Positions 26,727 through 36,447 are shown, counted from the first letter of the stretch. The stretch: 64,000 nt of DNA from Deltaproteobacteria bacterium (GCA_016432245.1 CP066680.1:174303-238302); one strand, 5' to 3'. Program-made: numbers and translations. The notes: generated by a model not told the origin, from the sequence alone.

Positions 26727-27719
26727 ATGATAAACAAAATGACTATGCATACACATTTTCACTCATTCTTTCTCCACTTTAACCTTGAATCAGGATGTTC
26801 TATCGAATCATTATGTATAACTCTTTTAAAATTTAAAGATTCTCTAGCCTTTTTACAACATAAATTAAGTAAGATTGCAATTATTCAATTAAAAAAAGAT
26901 CAATTATCAGTATTCCCAATTGACTTTAAAATAGATCATATATTAAATCTTCAATCTATTTCCAAATGCCTCTTACTAAAAACACTAACTCTGCTTAATG
27001 AAATTAAATACTATCCTTCTCCTAAGGAATCTATTTATATAGTTATTTTTTTTTTAATAATAGAACATTTAAATCCTCAATTTATATCGTCTTCTGACCT
27101 TCCAATCAATTGTATCAATAAACAAAGTGTTTTCCCATTAATTCAATCCATTCCTACATTTGATTCAAATGTCTCTACATCATGCGATATTATCTGCTTA
27201 GCTATTTTAAGAACCTGTGTGGCGTCTTTCTCCTCAAGGCCATCGTGTAAAATTATAAAGACCTGTACTTCATCAAACTTTAACATCACAATCTCTCAAT
27301 GCTTACAACGGCCCATTCTATCTCAGAATACTCAAATAAATAGTCAATCTTTACTATGCATAGAAGTATCACTATGTAGTAATGTTTCAGAAAACTTAAT
27401 TAATTTTATAAACAAATTAAAAGATATAGGTGCTTTTCGCATATCGTTTTGGAATTCAACTAATCAAAATTTAAAATTTGAAATCCAAATGAAAATAGTA
27501 TCATCCAAATTGTATAAAGATAAAATTATAAAATTCTTATTTCAATCAAGTTCCACTAGCGAAGTATTAATATATCCTATTGAAAACTTTTCTGCCTTTA
27601 TAAAAAATTCTTTTATAAATCTAGGATCCATTCAAAAACCAGACATTCATGAAACAAGTCAATATTTTTTTAACGGAAAATTATGCTCATCCAACACGAC
27701 CCTTACCACAAGGATATAA
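26727..27719 (+). CDS. Hypothetical protein with weak collinear resemblance to the LarC/DUF111 family, conserved motifs degraded
   Basis: SGCSIESLCITLL against family SGISGDMxLGALL. TSCDIICLAIL against TPTGAAll. LCIEVSLCSNVSENLINFINKLKDIGAFRISFWNST against E-niDD-gE...GAlDv...MKK-RP. The order of the blocks is preserved but the key residues are replaced. Judged by eye only. Confidence 0.3.
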   Translation: MINKMTMHTHFHSFFLHFNLESGCSIESLCITLLKFKDSLAFLQHKLSKIAIIQLKKDQLSVFPIDFKIDHILNLQSISKCLLLKTLTLLNEIKYYPSPKESIYIVIFFLIIEHLNPQFISSSDLPINCINKQSVFPLIQSIPTFDSNVSTSCDIICLAILRTCVASFSSRPSCKIIKTCTSSNFNITISQCLQRPILSQNTQINSQSLLCIEVSLCSNVSENLINFINKLKDIGAFRISFWNSTNQNLKFEIQMKIVSSKLYKDKIIKFLFQSSSTSEVLIYPIENFSAFIKNSFINLGSIQKPDIHETSQYFFNGKLCSSNTTLTTRI

Positions 27720-27748
27720 AAAACATACATTGTCGTATTAAATGATTA

Positions 27749-29980
27749 TTATCGATATGATATAGTCATATTTTTATCTTTTATAAAAATGCTTGAATCA
27801 TAAAACCAATTATTATATTGACCATAATGATCAATGCTTAATATTATAGATTCTTTATATTGTTCTAATATAAACTTTTGACATAAATAACTTGACTGAA
27901 GATCCAATGGCGCAAACACTTCATCTAACAAAATAAAATCAGCACTATTCAATAATGTTTTCAGAATAGATATTTTCTTTTTCTCTCCACCACTTAACAA
28001 CTTTACCCAATCTGTTCTCTTTTCGCTCCAATCACTTCTGCATAGTTTTAATTTTTTACAGGAAAAATGTCCTAAATTTTCTCCGATTAACTCTTCCAAT
28101 GAAACGTACGGAACAAAATATTCATCCTGTAATATCATGGCAAATTTTGGATTTCGCAACCCGAAATAAAAAAGAAAACCTTCCCCTTTTAATTGAAAAT
28201 CTTGATACCCCTTTAAAATTTTTAAAAAAGTTGACTTACCAACTCCATTCTCACCTACTAGCGAGTATCTCTTCGCTTCTTCTCCTATTACAAGGTTAAT
28301 TCCTGTTCCTAAAAGTTTGTGGTCTACCCCAAATGTCAAATTCTGAATACCAATAGCAATGATGTTAGAAGGCACATAGGATAGTGTTAAATTCAGGCTA
28401 TAAACTGGGTTATCAATCCAAAAAAAAACTTCCTGCAAATTTTTACTTAACAAAGAAGATTTAACTAAGTCCGCCGAATTTCTACCTGTCCATGCAAGGG
28501 CTAATGCTATCTCATAGCCAGCATTTGATATTTTAGAAATTTTAGCTTGCTGTTCAATAATTCTTAATTTTTTTAATTTTATATTATCGTATCTTTTACA
28601 AGTAGATGCTATAAACGCATATTTAGAAACATATTCTAAATTGGTCACAAAATTATGAACTAATGGCTGCAAACCCAATAACATTCTTCGAAATCTCTCT
28701 ATGCTCTTCTTTTCAATAACAAGCTCATTAATTTTTTTTTGAAGATATAAGATATTATTTCCCAAAATTATTGAATCAGGCTTATACATTAAATCCGTTT
28801 GAATATACGCAACTTCAGTATCTATTTGGTTTAGTAAAGAAAATTTACAAGTGCACTCATCTGCAATAATATTGCTTAACGTTAAGCCAAATTCTTCTAC
28901 CAACGCAATCCAATACAGCATTTCTATCGAATTCAAATTATATAACAATAAAATATTATATAATAGCTTTGCCTGCGCTTGTAAAAAACTAGAGTATAAG
29001 ATAATTCCTGAATCGATTAAATCATATAGGTGAACATATAAATTACGCATTTCAGATTCTGACCATGTTATACTCGCAATCTTTGATAAGACCTCCTCAT
29101 GTAAATATATTTGCCTTACTTTATACTCTAAAGCTTCTAAAAAATCATATCGATCCCACGTTACTACAACTGTCAACAATGAATCTGCCGTGCTTTGGGC
29201 CAATAAATATAAGAGATAAATTTTTAACGGCCCATAAAATCTTGAATATTCCATATTTAATGGCTCAGTCCAAATGGCGGTATAATATGGATGTGCATTT
29301 GAAATTATTTTAATAATAAATAGCTGGCTTGATAAAACTTCTAAGGTTTGTTGTTCTATATACAAATTAATACTTCTCTCTGGCAAGAGTTTTCTCAATA
29401 TTTTTTCTATATTATCCCTTACATGATTATTTGATTGTGATAATTTTGATTTTTTATACACATATAAATAATTACTAAACATAACCCCTAAAAAGTTTTC
29501 TAAAAACACATTGTGTATATTCAATGCTCTCACTAAACTTAAGGAAGAAGCAAACCCATTCGAAATACAGGAACCTTCTATCGTGCTACTGATTCCTGCA
29601 CCAAATAAAACCCACCATATATTTTCCCCATAGCAAAAACCAGAAATTCCACCTTCAATCAAAGATAACGAATACTCATTTAAGGGCTGCATGCCATGAT
29701 ATGCCCAATTTAACCCAAAGCTTATTCCTAAGACATAATTTAACTGATAAGGTAAATCTACCTGTTTTAACACACTAGCTCCAACTAAAGCTGCTCCAAA
29801 ATACCTATGATCGACTACCTCATATGCAACTCCAACTTCATCCAAAATGCCTAAAGCAGTCCCAAAAAAAAATCCATCTGCGCCTTTTATTTGATATCCA
29901 AGAAGTCCGCCACTCATTGGTCCTTCCCATTGTGCTATAAGGCTTAGCGAACAAAAAAAAAATAAAAAAAATCGTGTCAT
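27749..29980 (-). CDS. ABC transporter, fused membrane domain plus ATPase, with an extra Gly-rich N-terminal domain
   Basis: C-terminal NBD: Walker A GENGVGKST, Q-loop ILQDEY, signature LSGGEKKK, Walker B FILLDEVF, H-loop SIDH. The middle region loosely resembles ABC_membrane_2/SbmA-BacA-type TMDs. The first ~170 aa have a signal-like start (MTRFFLFFFCSLSLIAQ) and Gly-rich hydrophobic segments. Confidence 0.6.
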   Translation of the reverse strand: MTRFFLFFFCSLSLIAQWEGPMSGGLLGYQIKGADGFFFGTALGILDEVGVAYEVVDHRYFGAALVGASVLKQVDLPYQLNYVLGISFGLNWAYHGMQPLNEYSLSLIEGGISGFCYGENIWWVLFGAGISSTIEGSCISNGFASSLSLVRALNIHNVFLENFLGVMFSNYLYVYKKSKLSQSNNHVRDNIEKILRKLLPERSINLYIEQQTLEVLSSQLFIIKIISNAHPYYTAIWTEPLNMEYSRFYGPLKIYLLYLLAQSTADSLLTVVVTWDRYDFLEALEYKVRQIYLHEEVLSKIASITWSESEMRNLYVHLYDLIDSGIILYSSFLQAQAKLLYNILLLYNLNSIEMLYWIALVEEFGLTLSNIIADECTCKFSLLNQIDTEVAYIQTDLMYKPDSIILGNNILYLQKKINELVIEKKSIERFRRMLLGLQPLVHNFVTNLEYVSKYAFIASTCKRYDNIKLKKLRIIEQQAKISKISNAGYEIALALAWTGRNSADLVKSSLLSKNLQEVFFWIDNPVYSLNLTLSYVPSNIIAIGIQNLTFGVDHKLLGTGINLVIGEEAKRYSLVGENGVGKSTFLKILKGYQDFQLKGEGFLFYFGLRNPKFAMILQDEYFVPYVSLEELIGENLGHFSCKKLKLCRSDWSEKRTDWVKLLSGGEKKKISILKTLLNSADFILLDEVFAPLDLQSSYLCQKFILEQYKESIILSIDHYGQYNNWFYDSSIFIKDKNMTISYR

Positions 29981-29989
29981 GCATTTTCA

Positions 29990-30026
29990 TAAGAGAAATA
30001 TATGCTATAAAACATAATTTCTCTTA
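29990..30026 (-). other. Interrupted 14-bp hairpin between fumC and the ABC gene
   Basis: taagagaaat / atttctctta is a perfect 10-bp stem, with inner tatg/cata pairs and an 8-nt loop. It lies 5 nt after the fumC stop and 9 nt before the ABC ATG. No U-tract. Confidence 0.3.
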
Positions 30027-30031
30027 CCAAA

Positions 30032-31408
30032 TTAAACCATATTATCTGGGTTTACATGTTTATCAAATTCTTCCCCTGTCATTAAATTCATTGAAAGAAC
30101 GGCTTCTTTTAATGTAATGTTTTCTTTATGTGCTTTTTTCGCAACTTTTGCTGCTAAATCATAACCTATAATAGGCGTAAGCGCAGTTACTAGCATTAAA
30201 GACTGTTGTTTTATTTGCTGTATTTTATTCAAATTTGGTACAAGTCCTCGTGCGCAATTTTTTTCAAAACTCAAGCAGCTATCTGCAATTAAACGTATCG
30301 ACTGCAATAAATTATGTATAATCACAGGTTTGTATACGTTCAACTCAAAATTCCCTTGGCTGCCTGCCATTGAAATTGTTGTATGGTTTCCAAAAATCTG
30401 ACAACAAGCCATTGTCATTGCTTCTGACTGTGTTGGATTTACCTTGCCTGGCATAATAGATGACCCAGGTTCATTTTCAGGAATAGAAATCTCGCCTAAG
30501 CCCCCCCTCGGTCCACTTGCCATCCACCGAATGTCATTCGCCATCTTCATCAATGAACAGGATAAACTACATAATAAGCCTGACAAAGCAACTAGCGCAT
30601 CATTCCCTGCTAATGCAGCAAATTTATTCGGAGAGGTGTAAAAATCAAGACATAAGACTTTACTTAATCTTGCTGCTATTTTTTCTGCATACATCGGATG
30701 AGCATTTAACCCTGTCCCGACCGCTGTTCCTCCTGCTGCTAATTCTCCAATGTTTTTTTTAAAAATTTCAATATTATCCTTTGCTAATTTAATCTGATAT
30801 GCCCATCCACTGATTTCCTGCCCAAGTGTAATAGGAGTTGCATCTTGTAAATGAGTGCGGCCCATTTTCACAATAGCTTGATACTTTTCAGCCTTTTCAT
30901 GTAAAGTTTTCCACAATTTTTCTATAGCTGGAAACAAATCTCTATGCAAAGCTATCATTGTTGCTACATGCATAGCTGTAGGAAATGTATCATTTGTACT
31001 TTGCCCTTTATTAACATGATCATTCGGATGCACAGGATGCTTACTTCCGATCACTCCTCCTGCAATTTCAATGGCCCGATTTGAAATGACCTCATTCAAA
31101 TTCATATTCGTTTGCGTCCCTGATCCTGTTTGCCAAACCACTAATGGAAATTGATCATCTAGTTTCCCTTGTATAATTTCCTCTGCTGCCTTTTGAATTA
31201 AGTTTGAAACATCTTTAGGGATTTCTTCTAATTCCCCATTTACATAAGCCGCCGCTTGCTTCACATAGGCATACGCACAAATAAAATCTATATGAAATCG
31301 CTCATTACTTATTTTAAAATTTTCTAAACTACGCTGAGTTTGTGCTCCCCAATACGCATTATTCGGTACTTTTATTGAACCGAAGCTATCAAATTCTTCT
31401 CTCATCAT
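30032..31408 (-). CDS. fumC: Fumarate hydratase, class II
   Basis: [16 protein letters not shown] fumarate-lyase signature, and [10 protein letters not shown] and HPNDHVN blocks. Confidence 0.95.
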   Translation of the reverse strand: MMREEFDSFGSIKVPNNAYWGAQTQRSLENFKISNERFHIDFICAYAYVKQAAAYVNGELEEIPKDVSNLIQKAAEEIIQGKLDDQFPLVVWQTGSGTQTNMNLNEVISNRAIEIAGGVIGSKHPVHPNDHVNKGQSTNDTFPTAMHVATMIALHRDLFPAIEKLWKTLHEKAEKYQAIVKMGRTHLQDATPITLGQEISGWAYQIKLAKDNIEIFKKNIGELAAGGTAVGTGLNAHPMYAEKIAARLSKVLCLDFYTSPNKFAALAGNDALVALSGLLCSLSCSLMKMANDIRWMASGPRGGLGEISIPENEPGSSIMPGKVNPTQSEAMTMACCQIFGNHTTISMAGSQGNFELNVYKPVIIHNLLQSIRLIADSCLSFEKNCARGLVPNLNKIQQIKQQSLMLVTALTPIIGYDLAAKVAKKAHKENITLKEAVLSMNLMTGEEFDKHVNPDNMV

Positions 31409-31466
31409 CTTCTAAGTCCTCTTTTGAGTAAATACAATGAACATAAATATTGTCTATATCTCTACA

Positions 31467-31495
31467 TTGACACTCCTGCTTAAATAACTTAATCT
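31467..31495 (+). promoter_or_regulatory. Sigma70-like promoter for tRNA-Arg(ACG)
   Basis: TTGACA (31467..31472), 17-nt spacer, TAATCT (31490..31495). The tRNA starts at 31510. Confidence 0.4.
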
Positions 31496-31509
31496 TCCCC
31501 TGTTGCTAT

Positions 31510-31583
31510 GCACCCGTAGCTCAGTTGGATAGAGTACCAGACTACGAATCTGATGGTCACACGTTCAAATCGTGTCGGGTGCG
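31510..31583 (+). tRNA. tRNA-Arg (anticodon ACG)
   Basis: GCACCCG acceptor stem, anticodon loop CTACGAA, T arm ACACG-TTCAAAT-CGTGT. This is the substrate of TadA, which is encoded in the window. Confidence 0.9.
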
Positions 31584-31601
31584 TAGCCTTCAGGAAATCT
31601 C

Positions 31602-32441
31602 ATGAATCCAATTTTTTTCTATGTTCCTATCTTAAACCTTCCCTTAAATTCATTTTTTATTTTTTTATTAATTTCCGCTTCTATTGGATTAGAAATTTGC
31701 CAAATACAATTTAGATTTATTTCTTCCTCTTCACCACTTTTCAAAAACATTATACATACAATCCACTCTTATCTCTATTTCGGAGCTATAGGTGCTATAA
31801 TCGGTGCCAATTGGTTAGATTTGTTAATTCAACATTTGGTCTCTATCCATGCCTTTCAAAAGCCAAATCTTTCTTCTTCAATTTGGCAAGGTGGCTTTGT
31901 CTATTGGGGGGGCCTTATCGGATTTTTAATCTTTTTTGTCCTATATTCAATTCGAGCTCATATTCCATGTCGTTTTTCCATGGATATAATATCATTAGCC
32001 ATTCCGATTTGTCATTCGATTGGACGTCTTGGGTGTATATGTGTCGGTTGCTGCTTCGGAAATCCTATGATAAAATTTAATCATCTTGGCTTATGCTATC
32101 CACCATCTTCATTCGCTTTTGAATCCTTTCCCTGTCATCTCAAGCAAATTTCATATCCACTATTTCCATTTCAGCATATCGAAGCAATATCTTCTCTAGC
32201 TATTCTGGGTATATTATTAAAAGTTTATCAATATAAAAGTTTTAATGGTCAACTAATGTATGTATACGTGATATTGTACTCTACGGTAAGATTTCTTTTA
32301 GAATGGGTTCGTGGCGATGCCGAAAGAGGAATCTTCTTCTCTATATTTTCTACAAGCCAACTTTTATCTATCTTCTTCTGTTTATTCCTCTTACTCTTAA
32401 ATATAATATCATTTAGGAAAAATGGAGGTGGCGGGAGTTGA
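31602..32441 (+). CDS. lgt: Prolipoprotein diacylglyceryl transferase
   Basis: Polytopic membrane protein with a GRLGC...GCCFG block and the Lgt-type VRFLLEWVRGDAERG motif. The last 19 nt overlap the tmRNA 3' end in antisense. Confidence 0.8.
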   Translation: MNPIFFYVPILNLPLNSFFIFLLISASIGLEICQIQFRFISSSSPLFKNIIHTIHSYLYFGAIGAIIGANWLDLLIQHLVSIHAFQKPNLSSSIWQGGFVYWGGLIGFLIFFVLYSIRAHIPCRFSMDIISLAIPICHSIGRLGCICVGCCFGNPMIKFNHLGLCYPPSSFAFESFPCHLKQISYPLFPFQHIEAISSLAILGILLKVYQYKSFNGQLMYVYVILYSTVRFLLEWVRGDAERGIFFSIFSTSQLLSIFFCLFLLLLNIISFRKNGGGGS

Positions 32442-32720
32442 ACCCGCGTCCGAACAACTTGAAAACTTTAAATATCTACACATTTATTTTTTGAAATTCT
32501 ATCATTTTAGCAACTCCAAAAAAAAATCACTAAAACATTTTATAGAATTCATATTTTTAATATAAATTCTGAAAATAAAAAACTACAACATATGATTATA
32601 CATATGCTGCTTCTAAAGCAAAATTATCGTTTGCATTTATATTGTTTCTTGACATTTAACGAGAAATTCCCTCGATGTGCATTTAAATTAAAAATCATTC
32701 GTCGATACCTTTACACCCCC
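32423..32720 (-). ncRNA. ssrA: tmRNA (SsrA), one-piece
   Basis: 5' GGGGGTGTAAAGGTATCGACG pairs with 3' GGACGCGGGTTCAACTCCCGCCACCTCCA, giving a tRNA-Ala-like acceptor stem with a G3:U70 pair and a T arm. Internal tag ORF GCA AAC GAT AAT TTT GCT TTA GAA GCA GCA TAT GTA TAA = ANDNFALEAAYV. Confidence 0.85.
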
Positions 32721-32730
32721 TTTTCCATTA

Positions 32731-33537
32731 TTAGATTTGAGTAATTTCACTTAAATCTAATCGTTTAACAAGCTTTAAAGATGTTCGTAAAAATTTTCTA
32801 CTCAAGTCTGTTGAAAAAAAGCAATCTCTCTTATTCTTTTCATAAGAAAGCAACGTTTGTTTTGATATCTTAGCAAATATCTTGACTAACTCATCCCTTC
32901 CATCTATCCATTTTACAGAAATTTTATCCAAACTCTCATTCTCAAACAATTTTAATATTAAAGGATAGTGAGTACACGCTAAAATTACAATGCGAATATT
33001 CTCATTTAAATTTCTTAGATAATATTTTACTGCTTGTCTCAACAATGGCCCGTTATAAACTCCTTCTTCTATCAATGCTACTAATAAAGGACATGATTGT
33101 AATTTTATTTGGCCCTTAAATCCATATCTCTTTAATAATGTTTCATAAATTCCAGATTTAATAGTAGACTGTGTCCCTAGTATCAAAACAGATTGTTCAT
33201 TACAAATTTTAACATAATTACAAAAAGACTCTATAATAGGTTGAATAATTCCAAGTACTGGTATTCTTAATACTTTTCTTATTATAGACAATGAATGAGC
33301 CGTACTAGTGTTACAAGCTATAATCAAAAATTTTAAATTAACTCTTTTCAATAATGATCTAACACTCATAAGTGTATAGTTAATTACTAATTCTGCACTT
33401 CGCCCGCCGTACGGCACATGTGCCGTGTCTGCAATATAAGCAAATGATTCTGTTGGAAATCTTGCACTTAAAGTTGACAATATACTTAACCCACCCTTTC
33501 CAGAATCAAAGATTCCTATATATTTAATTTCTTCCAT
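32731..33537 (-). CDS. murI: Glutamate racemase
   Basis: GIFDSGKGGLSIL, IIACNTSTAHS and VILACTHYPLI (the two catalytic Cys blocks). Confidence 0.9.
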   Translation of the reverse strand: MEEIKYIGIFDSGKGGLSILSTLSARFPTESFAYIADTAHVPYGGRSAELVINYTLMSVRSLLKRVNLKFLIIACNTSTAHSLSIIRKVLRIPVLGIIQPIIESFCNYVKICNEQSVLILGTQSTIKSGIYETLLKRYGFKGQIKLQSCPLLVALIEEGVYNGPLLRQAVKYYLRNLNENIRIVILACTHYPLILKLFENESLDKISVKWIDGRDELVKIFAKISKQTLLSYEKNKRDCFFSTDLSRKFLRTSLKLVKRLDLSEITQI

Positions 33538-33601
33538 TTTATATTTTATTTATTATAATAAAGATACAACGTTTAATCAAGAATAAATAAAATTAAAAGA
33601 T

Positions 33602-34060
33602 ATGAAACAATGCATATTTATCTCTGGCTTACACTTCTTTTCCAGCAGCGAGTCTTCGAAATTTAAAAGAAATATTCAAAATCTATTGGCTAAGTTAAAA
33701 ATACCAAAATTTAAACTTCATATCTTATTCATACAATCAAATGAGATGAAGCTTTTGACACGTAGATGGAAAAAAAAACAAAAAAGTACAAATGTTTTAG
33801 CTTTTCCAATTAATAATCTATATATAAACGTAGAGATATATGGAATTATAATAATATCAATATCAAAAAAAAAATCTTCCAATATAAATCAAAAAGCCTT
33901 CTCTTTATTTATCCATGGATTTTTGCATTTATTAGGCTTAAACCATCACAAAAATTTTAAATATGCAAAACAACAACTTGTTACCGAAACTTTTCTAATA
34001 AAACAAGCAAATAATGTTACTTGTTTATCTCTTTTTAATAATATGGCCTTATCCTTATAA
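33602..34060 (+). CDS. ybeY: Endoribonuclease YbeY
   Basis: HGFLHLLGLNHH metal-binding H3xH5xH motif, about 150 aa. Confidence 0.85.
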   Translation: MKQCIFISGLHFFSSSESSKFKRNIQNLLAKLKIPKFKLHILFIQSNEMKLLTRRWKKKQKSTNVLAFPINNLYINVEIYGIIIISISKKKSSNINQKAFSLFIHGFLHLLGLNHHKNFKYAKQQLVTETFLIKQANNVTCLSLFNNMALSL

Positions 34061-34266
34061 AAGAATTAACAACGCATTATGCGATTAAAAAAAAGATACA
34101 TAGCTACTATGGAAGAATAATGAATCAAAGAAATTTCAGCAAATAAAGAGCAACTTGGATAATAAATGCACTTATTACCTAAATACAACCCAATTACGTA
34201 TTTGTACAACAATAAAGTTATCATTTTATAATGTTATAAACACATTTTTATGCTTTAATTAATATA

Positions 34267-36015
34267 ATGTCAAACACTTTAATGCTTGAAAGAACCCATA
34301 CCTGCAATGACTTATCTCTTATACACTTAAACAACAAAGTAACTCTCATGGGATGGGTGCATACTTTAAAATGCTTAGGAGGTAGATGGTTTCTCAATTT
34401 AAGAGATAGATATGGACTTACACAAATCGTATTTAAACCTGAGCATAGCTTCGAATGGACATACATATTAAAAGAAATAAAACTCGAATATTGCATATGC
34501 ATTCATGGAGTCGTCGAATCTAGAGTCCAAAATGGGGGATCATGCAATGCAAATATTGCAACTGGCCAAATCGAAGTAAATGCGCTACAAATGTATATCT
34601 TAAATAAATCGCTAAATCTCCCTTTTCAAATTAACAATAAAAACACTGTAAATGAAGATCTTCGACTTGAATATCGTTTCTTAGATTTAAGAAATCCATG
34701 TCTTCAATATAAAATTCTCTTAAGACATAAACTTTTAACTTTAACAAGAAAATACTTTAACACACATAAGTTTATAGAAATTGAAACTCCTATTCTGAGT
34801 AAATACACTCCTGGAGGTGCTCATAATTTCCTAGTACCATTTAAAGATAACCTTTTTTTTTCATTATCTGAAAGCCCACAATTATATAAACAAATGCTAA
34901 TGATTGCAGGATTTGACCGTTATTTTCAAATTGCAAAATGTTTTAGAAATGAAGATGCACGTGGGGATCGTCAATTAGAATTTTCCCAAATAGACATTGA
35001 AATGAGTTTTTCTAATGAAAGTCAAATTAAATCCATAATAGAACAATTTTTAAGATATATTACTAAAAAATTGCTAAATATTAATTTAGTTATTCCCTTA
35101 CAACAATTAAGCTATAACAATGCATTAAGAAAATTCGGAACAGACAAGCCAGATCTAAGATCAAAATTTCAACACATAGATATAACTCCGATTTTAGAAA
35201 GACATCATAATATTAAAAATTTATTTTTAAAAAATATTATTACTAATAACTTACTATTAAAAGCTATTCATATCCCTGCTAAATTTTCAATCTCCACCAA
35301 AGAAGTAGAAAAAATTAAAAAAGATCCTTATTTATCTAATTTTTCCAATTTTAAAATATTACATGTAAAAATAAATAACAATATGCAATGGATGCCACAA
35401 TCTTTATCTGAAAATATTCAAGAAAATATTTTATCAAAAATAAATAAACTATTCAATATTCGCTCTAATGACTCCCTGTTTCTTATAATAAGTCCTCTCC
35501 ATTGCATGCAGTCTATCTCTTTCTTTATAAGTTCTTTTTTAGATAAAAAATTTCACACTCTAAATTCTTCAAGCTTTAAATTCCTATGGATAACAGAATT
35601 TCCACTAGTTGAATGGAATGAATCAAATCATAAGTTCAAATCCCTACATCATCCTTTTACTTCACCTATTAATGGTAAACTATTAAAAAATTTACAAATA
35701 ACAAAATCAAGAGCTTATGATATAGTCTTAAATGGAATCGAATTGGGGGGCGGATCTATCCGTATTCACGATAGCCAATTGCAATCCAAAATCTTCAAAA
35801 AGTTAAACCTAAATAAAAAACAATTTTCTTTTTTCTTAAATGCTCTCTCTTTCGGTGCACCTCCTCATGGAGGTCTCGCTCTTGGACTGGATCGATTATG
35901 TATGCTTTTTTCAAATTCCACTAGTATCCGTGAGACAATTGCTTTTCCAAAAAATTCAAATGGTTTTGACATTTTAACAGGAGCACCAACTGTTATAAAA
36001 AACGTTCAAAAATAA
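34267..36015 (+). CDS. aspS: Aspartyl-tRNA synthetase (bacterial type)
   Basis: FRNEDARGDRQLEFSQIDIEMSF (motif 2), PPHGGLALGLDRL (motif 3), N-terminal OB fold and a bacterial insertion domain. Confidence 0.9.
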   Translation: MSNTLMLERTHTCNDLSLIHLNNKVTLMGWVHTLKCLGGRWFLNLRDRYGLTQIVFKPEHSFEWTYILKEIKLEYCICIHGVVESRVQNGGSCNANIATGQIEVNALQMYILNKSLNLPFQINNKNTVNEDLRLEYRFLDLRNPCLQYKILLRHKLLTLTRKYFNTHKFIEIETPILSKYTPGGAHNFLVPFKDNLFFSLSESPQLYKQMLMIAGFDRYFQIAKCFRNEDARGDRQLEFSQIDIEMSFSNESQIKSIIEQFLRYITKKLLNINLVIPLQQLSYNNALRKFGTDKPDLRSKFQHIDITPILERHHNIKNLFLKNIITNNLLLKAIHIPAKFSISTKEVEKIKKDPYLSNFSNFKILHVKINNNMQWMPQSLSENIQENILSKINKLFNIRSNDSLFLIISPLHCMQSISFFISSFLDKKFHTLNSSSFKFLWITEFPLVEWNESNHKFKSLHHPFTSPINGKLLKNLQITKSRAYDIVLNGIELGGGSIRIHDSQLQSKIFKKLNLNKKQFSFFLNALSFGAPPHGGLALGLDRLCMLFSNSTSIRETIAFPKNSNGFDILTGAPTVIKNVQK

Positions 36016-36027
36016 CTTCTTCGATCC

Positions 36028-36056
36028 TTGAAATAAAAAAACATATCTTATATGCT
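36028..36056 (+). promoter_or_regulatory. Sigma70-like promoter for rnpB
   Basis: TTGAAA (36028..36033), 17-nt spacer, TATGCT (36051..36056). The predicted start coincides with the P1 5' strand at about 36064. Confidence 0.4.
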
Positions 36057-36063
36057 TTTTTAA

Positions 36064-36409
36064 TGGTTAAATAAAGAGATGCTGAAAATAAATCAGAGGA
36101 AAGTCCAAGCTCCCTATAGAAACAGAACTGGTTAACATCCAGTCAAACAATTTTGAAGGAAAGTGCCACAGAAAAAAAACTACTATAACTAGTACAGGTG
36201 AAAAGGTGTGATAAATGCATACCGCAAATTTAGAAATAAATTTGGCAAGGCAAACCCTTCTAGGTGCAAGGTATTAAATGAAAACTCATTCTTGAAATAC
36301 GCTAAAAATCCCGCTCATATATTATTGCAATAATATTTTAGATAAATATCTCTTATATAAGGTTTGAGACATCCCTTATACAACAGAACTTGGCTTATTT
36401 TACAACCAT
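36064..36409 (+). ncRNA. rnpB: RNase P RNA, bacterial type A
   Basis: Universal blocks GAGGAAAGTCC, AGTGCCACAGAAA and ACAGAACTTGGCTTA, plus AAGGCAAACCC. The P1 pairing (TGGTTAAATAAAG... with ...CTTATTTTACAACCA) defines the ends to within a few nt. Confidence 0.9.
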
Positions 36410-36410
36410 G

Positions 36411-36443
36411 CAATACTTCTATTTATAACCTATAGAAGTATTG
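36411..36443 (+). terminator. Perfect 12-bp hairpin after rnpB (candidate intrinsic terminator)
   Basis: caatacttctat / ttataacct loop / atagaagtattg, followed by TATTTTAATT. It sits between rnpB (+) and the 3' end of the hsp20 gene (-). Confidence 0.5.
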
Positions 36444-36447
36444 TATT

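Noticed and set aside
34202-34232. TTGTAC ... TATAAT upstream of aspS as a promoter.
   Set aside because: The spacer is 19 nt. In sequence this AT-rich, a perfect TATAAT alone is expected by chance, so it is not reported as a feature.
34061-34266. 206-nt ybeY-aspS spacer and 210-nt tRNA-Ser-rpsO spacer (43194..43403), examined for small RNAs, riboswitches or gene remnants.
   Set aside because: No conserved ncRNA motifs (SRP, 6S or riboswitch cores), no stable extended helices and only ORFs shorter than 15 codons. Left unannotated.
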